IMG/VR virus record: IMGVR_UViG_3300044997_001199
Span: 62,001-126,000 of that record
DNA: 64,000 bases
Strand: one strand, 5' to 3'
The notes beneath the pieces were generated by a model, which had not been told where the DNA came from, ran no database searches, and saw nothing but the letters and a program-made list of their open reading frames with translations. Made by a program: the position numbers and the translations under genes. This document shows positions 46,769-56,684 of this stretch, piece by piece. Within the stretch, counting starts at the first letter, position 1, and the number at the start of each line of letters is the position of its first letter.

Positions 46769-47290
46769 TTAACGTAAAAATTCCGCTGGATCTAAATCGT
46801 AGTAGAGACTGTTAACTCGATGAACACCCAGTTTGTACAGCACGAAACTGGCCACGCACGATCCTCTACCAACTCCCCAGACAATGTTGTTATCTCTCAT
46901 GACATCAACCAGATACTTGAGATATCGTAACAAATCAAACATGTCACGTTCTTGGAACATCAATAATTCTTGGCCGACTCTCTGCAGTTCCGCATCGTCG
47001 CAGCAGGATCGCAGCACGTGCTTGGCGATGTCTAGGTCGCGATACTCCGGGGGCATGAACCAATGATTTTGTTGTCGACTGTCATATTCGTCAATAGAAA
47101 TCTCCGCATCGGTGGGCACGTGCCAGGTCGATAGGTTTCCTGGCTCGCCCAACAGACCCGACAATGCCTCCAAATCCACAGTGTGATCGACCACCAGGCC
47201 CAGCAGAGACGATATGCCACGGCCCTGCATGACCAGATCAATTATGTCATGGTCAGAATATACATATTCACCCACATGATTAATTTTCAT
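46769..47290 (-). CDS. Stand-alone DNA polymerase III alpha (DnaE)-like fragment
   Basis: R...E......G.GRGS..AS.V.Y.LG.H......Y.L....FL; ends before the catalytic PDID motif. Confidence 0.75.
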   Translation of the reverse strand: MKINHVGEYVYSDHDIIDLVMQGRGISSLLGLVVDHTVDLEALSGLLGEPGNLSTWHVPTDAEISIDEYDSRQQNHWFMPPEYRDLDIAKHVLRSCCDDAELQRVGQELLMFQERDMFDLLRYLKYLVDVMRDNNIVWGVGRGSCVASFVLYKLGVHRVNSLYYDLDPAEFLR

Positions 47291-47882
47291 CTCGTCGGAA
47301 ATCCACGTAGACCACGGTATTCGGAGAGCCAGTGTCTGCTGCGTTCCATGCCAAGTCGTATTGAGACCATGATCCGGCTGGTATCGACGGGATCTCAGAC
47401 GAATCTTTGATGACATCTGAATGCTGTGTGCTGGCATGATGCCACCATCCACCGTCGGCAAATGGTCCGAGATTGTCATCAGAAAAATGTTGATACCAAA
47501 CCATGTCACCGAGCTCACTGGCAATATCTAGTTGCAAAATCTGCATGCGCCGTTCCACCACAGCACTTAACTTGCAATATAGCATGACGCCGACGACTTG
47601 ATCAAGTGGTTCTTCGGGCAAAGTGGTAATATTGATACCCAGATCTTGCATCATTGCGATGTCTTCGCGGTGTTGCGAATTCACAAACACAGTGTGAGAA
47701 AAATTATAATATACCATGGCCTTGATTCGATCCATGGCAATGTTAATTTCGTCGCAGTCTTCGGTGGCAGTTACCAGATGCAGATCGATTTTGTAGCGAT
47801 TGCACTGCAATTTTTCTTTGGGCTGCGACGGAATATAGAAACCGGCCAGGAATTCTAGATCACGGCGCAGAGAAACATTCAT
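47280..47882 (-). CDS. Hypothetical protein
   Basis: Probable start MNVSLRR at an ATGA overlap. Confidence 0.65.
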   Translation of the reverse strand: MNVSLRRDLEFLAGFYIPSQPKEKLQCNRYKIDLHLVTATEDCDEINIAMDRIKAMVYYNFSHTVFVNSQHREDIAMMQDLGINITTLPEEPLDQVVGVMLYCKLSAVVERRMQILQLDIASELGDMVWYQHFSDDNLGPFADGGWWHHASTQHSDVIKDSSEIPSIPAGSWSQYDLAWNAADTGSPNTVVYVDFRRDEN

Positions 47883-48112
47883 TCGACACTGATGCGATCG
47901 TTGTAGTTGTTGCCGCCCTGCTGCTGCCAAGCTTCACGCAATCGAGATTGATACTGAGTCTGATAACTTTCCAGAGCCATTCTCACTTGGTTGGTCAGAT
48001 AACCGTTGCCTGATCTTTGTGCAATGGACAGTTTTTTTTGCAATTCGTTGACCTTGGTAGTGAGTTCGTCCAAAGTCAATGATGAGATGTTGCCAATCAG
48101 CGGATGTTCCAT
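47879..48112 (-). CDS. Small helical protein
   Basis: MEHPL...LTLDEL..KVNELQKKL. Confidence 0.65.
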   Translation of the reverse strand: MEHPLIGNISSLTLDELTTKVNELQKKLSIAQRSGNGYLTNQVRMALESYQTQYQSRLREAWQQQGGNNYNDRISVE

Positions 48113-48139
48113 GGTATCACAAACGGTCAACGGTTACAA

Positions 48140-49645
48140 TCACGACCAAGGGCCCACACTGGTCACAGAGCCGGTGCCCAGCGGAGTGGTTTTGAAATAA
48201 CCATTGGCCAACACCGTGGCAGCACCTCCAGCAGCGGCACTGAACTGTACCTGTGGAATCAGTGTGGTGGAACCATTGGTTTTTACCAGTCCCTTGATCT
48301 TTACCGTGATATTTTGATCGGTCGCAGTGCTTGCCGCAGTGACTGCCAGGGCAGTCACTGCATTGCCATGGATGCGACTGACTGTACCCAAGAGATTTCC
48401 GCTGGTACTCGTGGATTCCACGGTGTACAGTATGCTATCCAGTGCACTGGACATTGCGAACAGAGTAGAAAGTGTTCTGCTGGTAGATCCTGCACTGCGC
48501 ACGATGACATATTGAGCTTCTATTTCGTACGTGGTATTTGCTGCCAGAGTCACCGTGGTCGGAGAAGAGAAAACCGATTGGGGCGACGTGTCATCAATCA
48601 GAGTGTTATCGATAGACTGCACGCGAATCATGTAGGATGGAATCACTCCACGCATGCCGGCCACCGGCGATGAATAGATAACAGTACCATCAAACTCCAT
48701 GGTTCCTGCCACTGTAGTGGACACATTTGATACCAGTGCTCCTGAAACAAACTGCAACGGCACTGTGCTTATTGTGGCACCGCCAGCAGCAGGCCTTAGG
48801 TACCCGACAACATTGCCGCCGGTGACATTGCCCGTGGCCGATATCAATCCTGCAGTAGTCAAGTTACCGCCGACGACATTGCCAACCGCAGTTACCCGGC
48901 CGCCAGTGACTATGTTGCCCCCAGTAACATTACCGGTCACAGTGGCCGATCCTCCGGAGATATTGCCTCCTGTTACTGTACCAGCAGCACTGACATTTCC
49001 TGTAGCAGTGATATCTTCCGCCTCCAGATCTGCGGAAACAAAGTTGGTCAGGCCACGGCTGAGGTCAAACAGGGTAATGGTACTACCACCATCATAGCTT
49101 CCAAATGCCAATTCATAGTAACCGGTTGACTCAAATGTTATGGTATTCTGTACCCCGGGCGTACCTGGACTAATACCCTGCACACCGTCTAGGCCTAGAC
49201 TGACTGCAGCTGGCAAGGTAATGTCATGAGCCACATTGGTTATGTTGATCTGTAGTTTGACATAACCATAGTTACCAGCGGTAGGAAAGTTGGTGAATGC
49301 TAGGGTAGTGGGAGCAGTGGTAGAAAACGTTTGGTAATGGCTGGTGGCATAATTAACTGTGGCAGTCAACGGTGACCCCGCAGGGACGATGGCTGTTCTG
49401 GGAGCAGCAAAATCACGTATGTGTGCTGCATAGATCAGGTTGTCATTCATGTTGTTGTCTAACGGCTGACCTATCAGTGCAGATTTCAACAACACCTGAT
49501 TTTGTAAATCACTTATTTCATCTTCGGCATATTGGAAATTTTGCTTGATATTGGTAAAATTGTCACGAAAACCCTGGCTGTTGTTGTCCTGCCCGGCCAC
49601 TGGGTAACTTCCGTCGATGTTGTTGGGGTTTATATTGCTTGACAT
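48140..49645 (-). CDS. Virion tail/baseplate-associated protein
   Basis: N-terminal YPVAGQDN.SQGFRDNF and GNV/GNI beta-helix-type repeats. Confidence 0.7.
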   Translation of the reverse strand: MSSNINPNNIDGSYPVAGQDNNSQGFRDNFTNIKQNFQYAEDEISDLQNQVLLKSALIGQPLDNNMNDNLIYAAHIRDFAAPRTAIVPAGSPLTATVNYATSHYQTFSTTAPTTLAFTNFPTAGNYGYVKLQINITNVAHDITLPAAVSLGLDGVQGISPGTPGVQNTITFESTGYYELAFGSYDGGSTITLFDLSRGLTNFVSADLEAEDITATGNVSAAGTVTGGNISGGSATVTGNVTGGNIVTGGRVTAVGNVVGGNLTTAGLISATGNVTGGNVVGYLRPAAGGATISTVPLQFVSGALVSNVSTTVAGTMEFDGTVIYSSPVAGMRGVIPSYMIRVQSIDNTLIDDTSPQSVFSSPTTVTLAANTTYEIEAQYVIVRSAGSTSRTLSTLFAMSSALDSILYTVESTSTSGNLLGTVSRIHGNAVTALAVTAASTATDQNITVKIKGLVKTNGSTTLIPQVQFSAAAGGAATVLANGYFKTTPLGTGSVTSVGPWS

Positions 49646-49657
49646 GTGCGATCCTAT

Positions 49658-52600
49658 CTATGCCAAAATGTTGATCTTGGGGAATACAAGATATTTATCA
49701 TACTCGTCAGTGGGGTCGTACATATCCACTGGCTCGATAAATTGCAGGCTGTTGTGATCAAAGGTGGTCTCTAAAGTAATCACTGCGGTAGCAGCAATCA
49801 AGGGTTGCCAATTCACTCTGGACAATGTGCCCACTGGTTGCCCTGGATGGTACAACAGAGCACCAGCCGGGTACTTGGAGCCCTGGCTGGAAGTTACATA
49901 ATCATTGGCCACGGTCTGTAGATCCAGTTCCAACTCCAATATTCCGTCATTGAGTATGTGTATGGTGTAGATGGCCATGCGATTGTTGTCGTAGTTCACA
50001 GCCATGACACCGGTATCGTTAGACAATGCTAGTGGAGACGGTGCATTGGGCTGCTGAGACACACTGAATTTTTTCAAATTGATGGTCATGTCGCCCGATT
50101 CATTGGTCAGTAGCACCGGTGATCCGCCCGGAGTGGTACCAATTTGTATTTGATTGCCAGTGATTGACAGTATGTAATAGGCCCGACGGACGCCATCGGT
50201 ATTCAATGGAGGTATGCCACCAATGGTTTGGTCTGGGAACCAAACCTGATCGTCCACTGCGAGATCAGCTGTTGAGTCTACCACGATGGTATTCAAAATC
50301 GAAAACGTAGCAGTTCCAGTTACCGAGGCCACCGAATGAACATAGTAGACCTGGGTAGCACCGGAATTGGTCACTCTCGATATTCCACCAAATGTGGTTC
50401 CTGTGAACCATACCTTGTTGCCCGGTATCATGCCCAATGTGGAATCAGCGGTTATAGTGTCAGTGGCCGCGGCAGTTTCTATACAGATCGACTGGCTGCC
50501 ACCGGGCACCACTACCCCGTAATCATAACTGCCCGGAGTGACATCTGTGTCAGCGGAATCAAAACCGTTTTCATCATACCAGGTTATGTTTTCAATAAAA
50601 GCATCATTGGTGTTGGGAAATCTATCAAAAGATTCTTGTTTGACAAAGATTATTTTGCTGCCTTCGCGCAAAATAATCTTGGTGCCCGGGGGTGGTGTTT
50701 GCCCCGGAACTGCTATCCGGGTAAATCCATCCAGGCCGCCCAGTGAATTTATGTATTCAATGGTACGTCCGTTGACGTCAAACAGTGCCAGTTCGGTGCA
50801 CACATTGACTGTGCCTAACTCCGTAAACCCGGCGGTGTCAATTCGATCAAACGTGGTAAGATTCGGAGCAGGTGTCCAGGATTGAGCCCGGGAGTCCCAA
50901 TTCCGACTCATGCTTGAATCCAACACATATCGATCTACCTTGAAGTCTATGGTATTGAAACGCTGACCAAACTGTGTGTCTATGTAATAAGCGATCTGAC
51001 GACTGCGACCTGGGTTGGTATAACAAACGATCCAGGCCGGGGTAAATCCTAGAACCTGACCGTTCTCCTGACGACTGGTCATCCACAGCGGAAGTTTTTG
51101 TGAAATCTGTCCCACCACATCCACTACCTGATCACGCATGTTGATCAGACTGTTGGGATAAACAGAGTTGATTACTGTGCTGCCATCCCGTGGGTCTCGG
51201 ATGGCATAAGGCAAGGTCACTATTTTGCTCACGCTTCGACCCTGGTCGTTGACCAAATTGTCAATGACCGGACAGTAAACCACTTCATATATAATTTGTC
51301 CCTGACTGTCCACAGCACGAGCAGTCTGTATTGGACCAAGCACCAGATTTTTCCAATAGTGGTTGAGATCAAGACTCTGTACATAGGTCAACAGTTGTTC
51401 GGGTGCTAGACCCACTGCATGCTCATACTGCACACGTTGACTGACACCAAAATAGGGATCATCGGGACGATAGATATACTCAGGAACAAATATATCTGTA
51501 TCAGTCAACAAAGATTCCAACAGTGCTCGATCATTGTCCGGGGGCATAGCTACGATGTAGAGATTTTGATAGGGTTTGTTATAGGCTCTGACCACGCGCA
51601 CAGTGAAGGTTTTGAATGCACTGACCACTCGGCGCACGCCAGTCGATTGCATTATGACCCGGAGATCGGCCCCAGTGCCCACTCCGGTTACGGTAAATCC
51701 AGCGGTTCCGGTATAACCGGCACCTGGATTGGTCACGTTGATAGCCTGGATGACACCGCCCTGTACCGTCACGGTTGCGGCAGCCTGGATGGCCGCGGCA
51801 CCCACGGGCTCGCTGAAAGTTATGGATGGCGTACTGACATAGCCCTGACCGCCATCGATGACCTTCACTGCCGATACCTTGAATAACGGTTGAGATGTGT
51901 CTTCGGCATAGGCATTCACAGTGAATCTAAACGTGCTATCAACGGTGGTGGGCTCAAGACGAGTAATGGTGTCTTGAGCTGCTTCACCTTCTTCGTCGTA
52001 TTCGTTGTGGTCGTAATCTTCGTCGTATTCGTCGTGGTCGTAATCTTCGTCGTATTCGTCGTGGTCGTAATCTTCGTCCATATCGGATTCGCCAATGGCA
52101 TCTTTCTTGAGCAGTTTGCTGCGACCTGTGGATCCCATGGCGCCAATGGCGCGATCAAAAGTAGTGGCACCAAGATCCACACTGAACGTGTTGAATGTCA
52201 CGCGACCTGAAATTTCTCCTGTGGGCAGCAAGGTCAATCCCTGCGGCAATTCATTGAACGCACCACTAGCCAGTTCGTACACGAGATCACGACCACCACG
52301 ATTTTCTGCCTGTATGCGCAACAGACTGACCGATCCATTCTCCACTGCACCCAGGTCGGCATCAGTCTGCCAGATCACTTCGCGATCGATATTGCCCGCT
52401 ATGGTTAGAGAAAATGGGTAGAGTTGGCTGGCTGATATATCATTGGGCACACAGAACAAATATTGGTTGGCTCCAATGGTGCCATTGGTGAGATTGAACA
52501 CCGTACCCAAGAATGATTCAGAAATCTGGAATTGGGTGTCACCGACTATGCTGGACACATAGTAAGTCTGTCCCAGCGTGATGCCTCCAATCGACGTTCC

Positions 52601-53983
52601 TTCAAATCTCACCGCAGCACCTACGTATAAATCGGCACGGGTCGCAGTGTCACAGATAATAACATCGCCTGCGGCCTGCGTGGAACTACACACCACGCTT
52701 CGCGAGCGTACCTGTATAAAAAAACTATAGGTAGTTTCTGTGATCCCCACATCGGGGATAGTTCCATAGTACCACCCCGAATACGGATCCAGTTCCAGTC
52801 CCGGAGGAAACCCAAAACCCTGATTTACCGAAATCGCATATTCCACTTGTTCGGTGTCATAATCCTCTCCCACAAAGCGGTAGGCAAAATTATTTTCACT
52901 ACGTATTATACCAATGTTAGATGGTTCTGCATTGAGCAAAAAAGGTGCGCGATTGGGAGTTCGATCGGCTGTAACAAACGTGGTATCGGCCGTGATGTAA
53001 GTGTCGTCGGCTTTGAGATTGTCACGGTTGTACACATAGATGGTATAGGTTCTTAGATTTGAAGATTTTCCGTCGGTGATTTCTAGTATGAATTGATAAT
53101 TTTTACTGATAGCCGAAGAAATAAAATCGTATGGTTCGGTTTCCAGCGACGTAAGGTCATACCCAGGCGGTTTGTTTACATCCGGGAATGGTCGGATATA
53201 ACCATGAATGCGTCCAGTGCTTGACAATTTGAGACCCAATGGCAATTGTCCGCTGATCAATCGTATCAATACCTCATCGCCAAGATCGATTTCGGTATAT
53301 TCAATTTGTATTTCTACTTGATCGCCGTCGTAAAAAGTTCCGATGCTGCCAGCCGGTGTGATAAAATCAGGAACATCGTTACCGGTCACGGTCAAGGTAA
53401 AGGTTCGGTCGGCAATGCTGTCAATTACTACCACACCACGCACGGTGCGCTGAGTATAGGCACGAATGGTAAATTTACTGGTAATGTTTTGGCTGACCTC
53501 TAAAGGAACCCCCTGCACGAGGACCATAGGAGTTGGTACCCCTTCCATGAGACCGTTGCTGGCTATCTGGATTCCCTGCGGAAGAGTGCCGGCCTGGAGA
53601 CGATAAAACACTCCCGGGCCAAATCTGGCGGTCATAACACCGGTGGCATCAGTCAATGCCACCGGTCGCGATGCATCCAGTGAGGTGGCAACCGAAAATG
53701 TAGTAGAGCTGGGAACACTGAACACAAAGTAATTGGTATTTTCAATCAAGCCGCCAAAAGTTTCTCCAAAAAATCTCACTGTGAGTCCCGGCGTTACTTC
53801 CAGTGTGGTATCACAGGTTATGAGATTGTTGGTCAATGATGTGCCTGTGCAGTTGGCTGGTATGATCTGATACGGCACTGATACCGATAGTGTCTGTTTG
53901 AAAAACACTCCCTCGGGTATGATACCAAGGCTACCTGCAGGAGTTTGCCAAGTTAGTTGTGTCATGATCAGACGTTGATCCAA
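49658..53983 (-). CDS. Baseplate wedge-like protein with Ig-like repeats (start probably 53965)
   Basis: W.TPAGSLG/LP.GL.L...G.I.G Ig-type repeats and C-terminal DKYL.FP. Confidence 0.7.
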   Translation of the reverse strand: MDQRLIMTQLTWQTPAGSLGIIPEGVFFKQTLSVSVPYQIIPANCTGTSLTNNLITCDTTLEVTPGLTVRFFGETFGGLIENTNYFVFSVPSSTTFSVATSLDASRPVALTDATGVMTARFGPGVFYRLQAGTLPQGIQIASNGLMEGVPTPMVLVQGVPLEVSQNITSKFTIRAYTQRTVRGVVVIDSIADRTFTLTVTGNDVPDFITPAGSIGTFYDGDQVEIQIEYTEIDLGDEVLIRLISGQLPLGLKLSSTGRIHGYIRPFPDVNKPPGYDLTSLETEPYDFISSAISKNYQFILEITDGKSSNLRTYTIYVYNRDNLKADDTYITADTTFVTADRTPNRAPFLLNAEPSNIGIIRSENNFAYRFVGEDYDTEQVEYAISVNQGFGFPPGLELDPYSGWYYGTIPDVGITETTYSFFIQVRSRSVVCSSTQAAGDVIICDTATRADLYVGAAVRFEGTSIGGITLGQTYYVSSIVGDTQFQISESFLGTVFNLTNGTIGANQYLFCVPNDISASQLYPFSLTIAGNIDREVIWQTDADLGAVENGSVSLLRIQAENRGGRDLVYELASGAFNELPQGLTLLPTGEISGRVTFNTFSVDLGATTFDRAIGAMGSTGRSKLLKKDAIGESDMDEDYDHDEYDEDYDHDEYDEDYDHNEYDEEGEAAQDTITRLEPTTVDSTFRFTVNAYAEDTSQPLFKVSAVKVIDGGQGYVSTPSITFSEPVGAAAIQAAATVTVQGGVIQAINVTNPGAGYTGTAGFTVTGVGTGADLRVIMQSTGVRRVVSAFKTFTVRVVRAYNKPYQNLYIVAMPPDNDRALLESLLTDTDIFVPEYIYRPDDPYFGVSQRVQYEHAVGLAPEQLLTYVQSLDLNHYWKNLVLGPIQTARAVDSQGQIIYEVVYCPVIDNLVNDQGRSVSKIVTLPYAIRDPRDGSTVINSVYPNSLINMRDQVVDVVGQISQKLPLWMTSRQENGQVLGFTPAWIVCYTNPGRSRQIAYYIDTQFGQRFNTIDFKVDRYVLDSSMSRNWDSRAQSWTPAPNLTTFDRIDTAGFTELGTVNVCTELALFDVNGRTIEYINSLGGLDGFTRIAVPGQTPPPGTKIILREGSKIIFVKQESFDRFPNTNDAFIENITWYDENGFDSADTDVTPGSYDYGVVVPGGSQSICIETAAATDTITADSTLGMIPGNKVWFTGTTFGGISRVTNSGATQVYYVHSVASVTGTATFSILNTIVVDSTADLAVDDQVWFPDQTIGGIPPLNTDGVRRAYYILSITGNQIQIGTTPGGSPVLLTNESGDMTINLKKFSVSQQPNAPSPLALSNDTGVMAVNYDNNRMAIYTIHILNDGILELELDLQTVANDYVTSSQGSKYPAGALLYHPGQPVGTLSRVNWQPLIAATAVITLETTFDHNSLQFIEPVDMYDPTDEYDKYLVFPKINILA
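51990..52078. repeat. 27-nt tandem repeat (about 3.3 copies) encoding DYDHDEYDE
   Basis: Unit tcttcgtcgtattcgtcgtggtcgtaa, with one mismatch in copy 1. Confidence 0.9.
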
Positions 53984-56619
53984 CCAGTTCCGGTCTTGAA
54001 GAGTCTCAGTCGGTCCGATGTGGTGTTAAAATAAAATGCACCATTTACTGTGACTTCTGGGTCGACCGAACTAGTGGGTATGACCATGTATGGCCCGGTT
54101 ACCAGTATCACTGCAGCAGTGATGTTTCCGGTGGCCGATACCTGGCCTGCTGTTCGTAGATTGCCACCCTGTATGTTGCCGGTGGCACTGAGAGAAGACA
54201 GGGTTCCCACCGAAGTGACATTGGGCTGTGCATCTGTGAGCAATGTCCCAGCGAGGTTGGTTGCATTGACATTTCCACCGGTGATGTTTCCTATAGCCGA
54301 CAACAACCCAGTGATTTGTAAATTACCGCCTGATATGTTGCCGATAGCAGTTATTGTTGCACCTGTTACCAGCTGCGTTGATATAACATTGGCACCAGTG
54401 ATGTTGCCTGTGGCTGTGACCAAACCACCGGTGACCAGGTTGGCACCAGTGATGTTGCCTGTGGCTGTGACCAAACCACCGGTGACCAGGTTGGCACCAG
54501 TGATGTTGCCTGTGGCTGACACAGTTAGGCCAGATATCAATGTGTTAGCAGTTATTGTATTGGCTGTGACCAAACCACCGGTGACCAGGTTGGCACCAGT
54601 GATGTTGCCTGTGGCTGTGACCAAACCACCGGTGACCACATTGGCACCAGTGATGTTGCCTGTGGCTGACACAGTTAGGGCAGATATCAATGTGTTAGCA
54701 GTTATTGTATTGGCTGTGACCAAACCACCGATGACCAGGTTGGCACCAGTGATGTTGCCTGTGGCTGACACAGTTAGGGCAGATATCAATGTGTTAGCAG
54801 TTATTGTATTGGCTGTGACACTGGTGTTGGCCACTACAGATTGTGATTCTACATTGCCCAGAGCTATGTTACCAAAGTTGTTTACGGTGATCTGATCGCC
54901 GATGACCGTGACTTCCAGTGCTGCGATCAATTTGTTTGTAGAATTTCTGTAACCAACAAATGCTTGTTTTTCGGTCGAATTGAAATAAAAGAGTTGATGT
55001 CCACGGTCTTTGAAATCATTACCGAGTAGAGCCGAGTTGTTGGCACCACGACCAATGGACGGTATTGAGTCGGTGACATGCAGGCTATCTAGGTTTAGAT
55101 AACCGTTGGTACCCGTGACACACAAACTGCCAGACAGTGTAGTTGTACCTGCGGAGAGATCTCCCGAAGTTGCAAGATTGCCACCAACCATTGTTCCGCT
55201 GACCGAAAGAGTGCCCGTGGAAAGTATATTGGCCCCTTGCAAATTGCCAGTAGCACTTACAATACCCGCAGCCAACAGGTTACCGGCGACAACGTTGGCC
55301 AGGGAAACAATGTTGCCTGGGATATTTGCAGCGCCCGATAATGTCAGATTACCGCCGGTGATATTGCCAGCGATCGACGCATAGCCCGATGCCAATACAT
55401 TACCGCCCGCACTGATATTGGCTGCAGCAGCAATGAGTCCACCTGTGCCAATGGATGCCGCGGTCACCGAACCTGCTGCACTGATCACACTGTTGCTAAA
55501 AATACCGGAATTGGCACTGATCAGTCCCTGGGTCAGGACATTTGATGCCAACAGGTTGCCAGACAATATCGCACCAGCAGCAATAACTTGATTTCCTGCC
55601 GAAACATTGCCAGTGACACTGACCAGCGCCGCAGTGACCTGTGTGTTGGCATTGACATTGTTGGCTGCGATATTACCATCCACTAGGTTGGCTGTGATAT
55701 TGCTTCCTGAGATATCGCCAGAGAATACTCCGGTCACAGCCGACACTGTGCCCACTGAAACAAGATTGCCGCCGCTCACTGTTCCGGTTACTGACACTGA
55801 CGAAGCAACTGCGACATTGTTAGCCGATATGTTTCCTGTACCGCCCAGGGCATTGCTTACCGTGAGATTTTCCAGTATGCCAACACTGCGTAGGCCACTG
55901 TTTAGCACATTGGCACTGAGCGTGGTTCCGGTGAGCAATGCAGCATTGCTGCTGACTGAAATGCCTGTGAGCAAAGATCCATTGCCCACAAAGAAAGACC
56001 CAGCGACATTGCCGCTGGCCGAAACATTGCCCATTAGGCCGATGTTGCCTGTCAATGACATGTTGTCTGCAGATATATCGCCAGCGGCATCAATGTCTCC
56101 GCTGCTGTTTAAATTTTGTGCAGAAATATTTCCCGAACTTGAAACCGTTCCTGCAGTGAGAATGTTACCACCAGTGACGTTGCCGGACACAGAAAGGTTG
56201 GCTAAGGTTCCAACTGCAGTGAGCGTGGAAGTGGTGACATTGGCACTGAGCGTGTTCCCAGTCAACTGTCCTGCTGGGGACTGCGATGTTATGCCAGTCA
56301 GTGCACTGCCGTTGCCGATAAACAGTCCCGATGCCGTGATATTACCGGTGGCCGATATTGCAGAATTTGCGATCAAGGTCCCGGCCACCGTGGCTCCTGT
56401 GCTGGAAACTATCACCACATTGGAAACTCCGGTGCTGCTTATAGTCACTATGGAATCTTGTACTATCTGTATGTTGGAAGTACCATTGGCTATACCGGCC
56501 ACACCACCGATGTTGTAAAGTTCGCCAAAATTGTCGTTCACTATAGTGAACGCGGTCCTCAACGGATCACCGGTACCGTCGTTGGCCGCATTGCCTATGT
56601 CTATAAATTGCTGTGGCAT
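53968..56619 (-). CDS. Tail fibre/baseplate protein with beta-helix repeats
   Basis: N-terminal IG..ANDGTGD.LR.AF (T4 gp9/gp10-like start) and many SATGNITGAN repeats. Confidence 0.78.
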   Translation of the reverse strand: MPQQFIDIGNAANDGTGDPLRTAFTIVNDNFGELYNIGGVAGIANGTSNIQIVQDSIVTISSTGVSNVVIVSSTGATVAGTLIANSAISATGNITASGLFIGNGSALTGITSQSPAGQLTGNTLSANVTTSTLTAVGTLANLSVSGNVTGGNILTAGTVSSSGNISAQNLNSSGDIDAAGDISADNMSLTGNIGLMGNVSASGNVAGSFFVGNGSLLTGISVSSNAALLTGTTLSANVLNSGLRSVGILENLTVSNALGGTGNISANNVAVASSVSVTGTVSGGNLVSVGTVSAVTGVFSGDISGSNITANLVDGNIAANNVNANTQVTAALVSVTGNVSAGNQVIAAGAILSGNLLASNVLTQGLISANSGIFSNSVISAAGSVTAASIGTGGLIAAAANISAGGNVLASGYASIAGNITGGNLTLSGAANIPGNIVSLANVVAGNLLAAGIVSATGNLQGANILSTGTLSVSGTMVGGNLATSGDLSAGTTTLSGSLCVTGTNGYLNLDSLHVTDSIPSIGRGANNSALLGNDFKDRGHQLFYFNSTEKQAFVGYRNSTNKLIAALEVTVIGDQITVNNFGNIALGNVESQSVVANTSVTANTITANTLISALTVSATGNITGANLVIGGLVTANTITANTLISALTVSATGNITGANVVTGGLVTATGNITGANLVTGGLVTANTITANTLISGLTVSATGNITGANLVTGGLVTATGNITGANLVTGGLVTATGNITGANVISTQLVTGATITAIGNISGGNLQITGLLSAIGNITGGNVNATNLAGTLLTDAQPNVTSVGTLSSLSATGNIQGGNLRTAGQVSATGNITAAVILVTGPYMVIPTSSVDPEVTVNGAFYFNTTSDRLRLFKTGTGWINV
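54389..54820. repeat. Near-identical 51-nt and 99-nt internal tandem repeats
   Basis: ttggcaccagtgatgttgcctgtggctg recurs six times. Confidence 0.85.
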
Positions 56620-56684
56620 AATGTTGTCCTATCATCTATTTACCAAAATGACCAGGTTCGGTAAATACGCAGCAGGAGCAAAAC

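Noticed and set aside
47879-48112. Ribosomal protein L29 homolog
   Set aside because: Only a generic helical LT.DEL...EL pattern; insufficient evidence.
51990-52078. 27-nt repeat as a CRISPR array
   Set aside because: Head-to-tail with no spacers, in frame within a CDS, and no cas genes.
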